NCBI RefSeq assembly: GCF_000143415.4
Contig: NW_003314314.1
Span: forward strand, 1,347,840-1,411,839
Direction: 5' to 3'
DNA length: 64,000 bases
Source: Selaginella moellendorffii
Taxonomy: Eukaryota > Plantae > Lycopodiophyta
In this document: positions 62,926 to 64,000 of the stretch, piece by piece
Numbering within the stretch: position 1 is the first letter of the stretch
Layout of the letters: each line of letters begins with the position of its first letter
Position numbers and translations under genes: made by a program
The notes under the pieces: model-generated
What the model saw: the letters and a program-made list of their open reading frames with translations, nothing else
What the model was told of the DNA's origin: nothing
Databases searched by the model: none

Positions 62926-64000
62926 TCTAGCAAAGAAGGCTCTGGAAGAAGCTTATATTACGAAGCAAATGATCTGTTTTCAGACCTCTTGAAAGATGAA
63001 AATGAAGGCTCAGCATTAACAAGAAGTGATTATATCGCTTTTAAGGTTACAAAGGTCCATCTTGCAGGAACATCATTGGTTGTATCCTGGAATGAAGGCT
63101 ACGTTGGAAGCCGCAATGGGGTACATGCTTTAAAAATGTTCTGAAGTCTATTTCGACGTTGCATTGCAAGATGTGAGCGATTGTAAGTTCCAAACCTTTG
63201 CATTTAATCCGCTGCTCTTTGTATGTTTAGCACTACTGCACTCTTTTACCTATGGTCTTCTTCAGAATCAATGCCTTGTTTCCGGATAAGGCATTTTCAA
63301 TCGAGGTAAGTAAGATTAGTTTACTCATAAGCTGACTCATGTCTTAAATCAGGTCCAACAAACGTGTTGTCAGTTTGTGCACACTTTCTTCAAGAAATCT
63401 CCTCAATTCATTGCTCTTTTGAAGGTAAGCGTTCACAGAAACATGAGCTCTTATATTGCAAGAGATAGCAAGAAAAAAAATTTAATTACCATTCACACAT
63501 CGCATAGAAGATGGGATGTTTGCTTTTGTTGAGAGCCTCACTCACTAGGTTTTGTGGTGGTGTTGCTCCATTTCTGAGATGCAAACATTTTTTGCATACT
63601 GAGCATGAGAAGGCTGATTTTTCTTGTGAAAGCAATTTTCATACTTGAGATAGTCAATTCCCTATACGAGAAGAAATAACTCAATTGACACGTTGAAATG
63701 GAACAAAATCAACATGTTTACTGTACTTGTGTCTTGAAACTCGTGGCCCTTTGAAGCCACTCAATGGCATTTACAAGTCATTCTCCTGGAAAACGTCTAC
63801 AGATGATAAGTTGTTCTTTGGAAAAAAGAACCCTCTACCTTCCAGTAAATTTGACCAGATCATTACCTGTACTTTTGAGATCCACATTGAGACCTTTCAA
63901 CTTTCCTATCACTACCACATCCTTGATCTCTGTATGGACAAAAAAATGTTTTCTATTCTACATCTTCTTCCACAATCGTACAACTGACATCTTCCAGATA

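Overview
Eukaryotic plant genomic DNA. The 45-60 bp introns, a flagellar inner-arm dynein gene and a CYP88-like fragment fit a flagellate-sperm land plant, most likely Selaginella (inference). (1) 1-12.0 kb is a nest of decayed Ty3/gypsy pieces and solo LTRs. It contains a TSD-flanked TRIM whose LTRs carry 5S rRNA-derived sequence (Cassandra-like). (2) 12.1-20.4 kb is a gene island: WDR63/DNAI3 (IC140), a nested MITE, cytosolic pyruvate kinase and a divergent tail-anchored coiled-coil gene. (3) 21-64 kb is a cluster of Helitrons with several TC 5' ends and hairpin-CTAG 3' ends, Rep/PIF1/RPA-like remnants and many broken host gene fragments (purple acid phosphatase, AAE, CYP88, RING-CH, kelch, alpha/beta hydrolase). 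A young, structurally complete chromovirus (47694-55019) is inserted in this cluster. There are four assembly gaps. All similarity calls are by eye against remembered family motifs; no searches were run.
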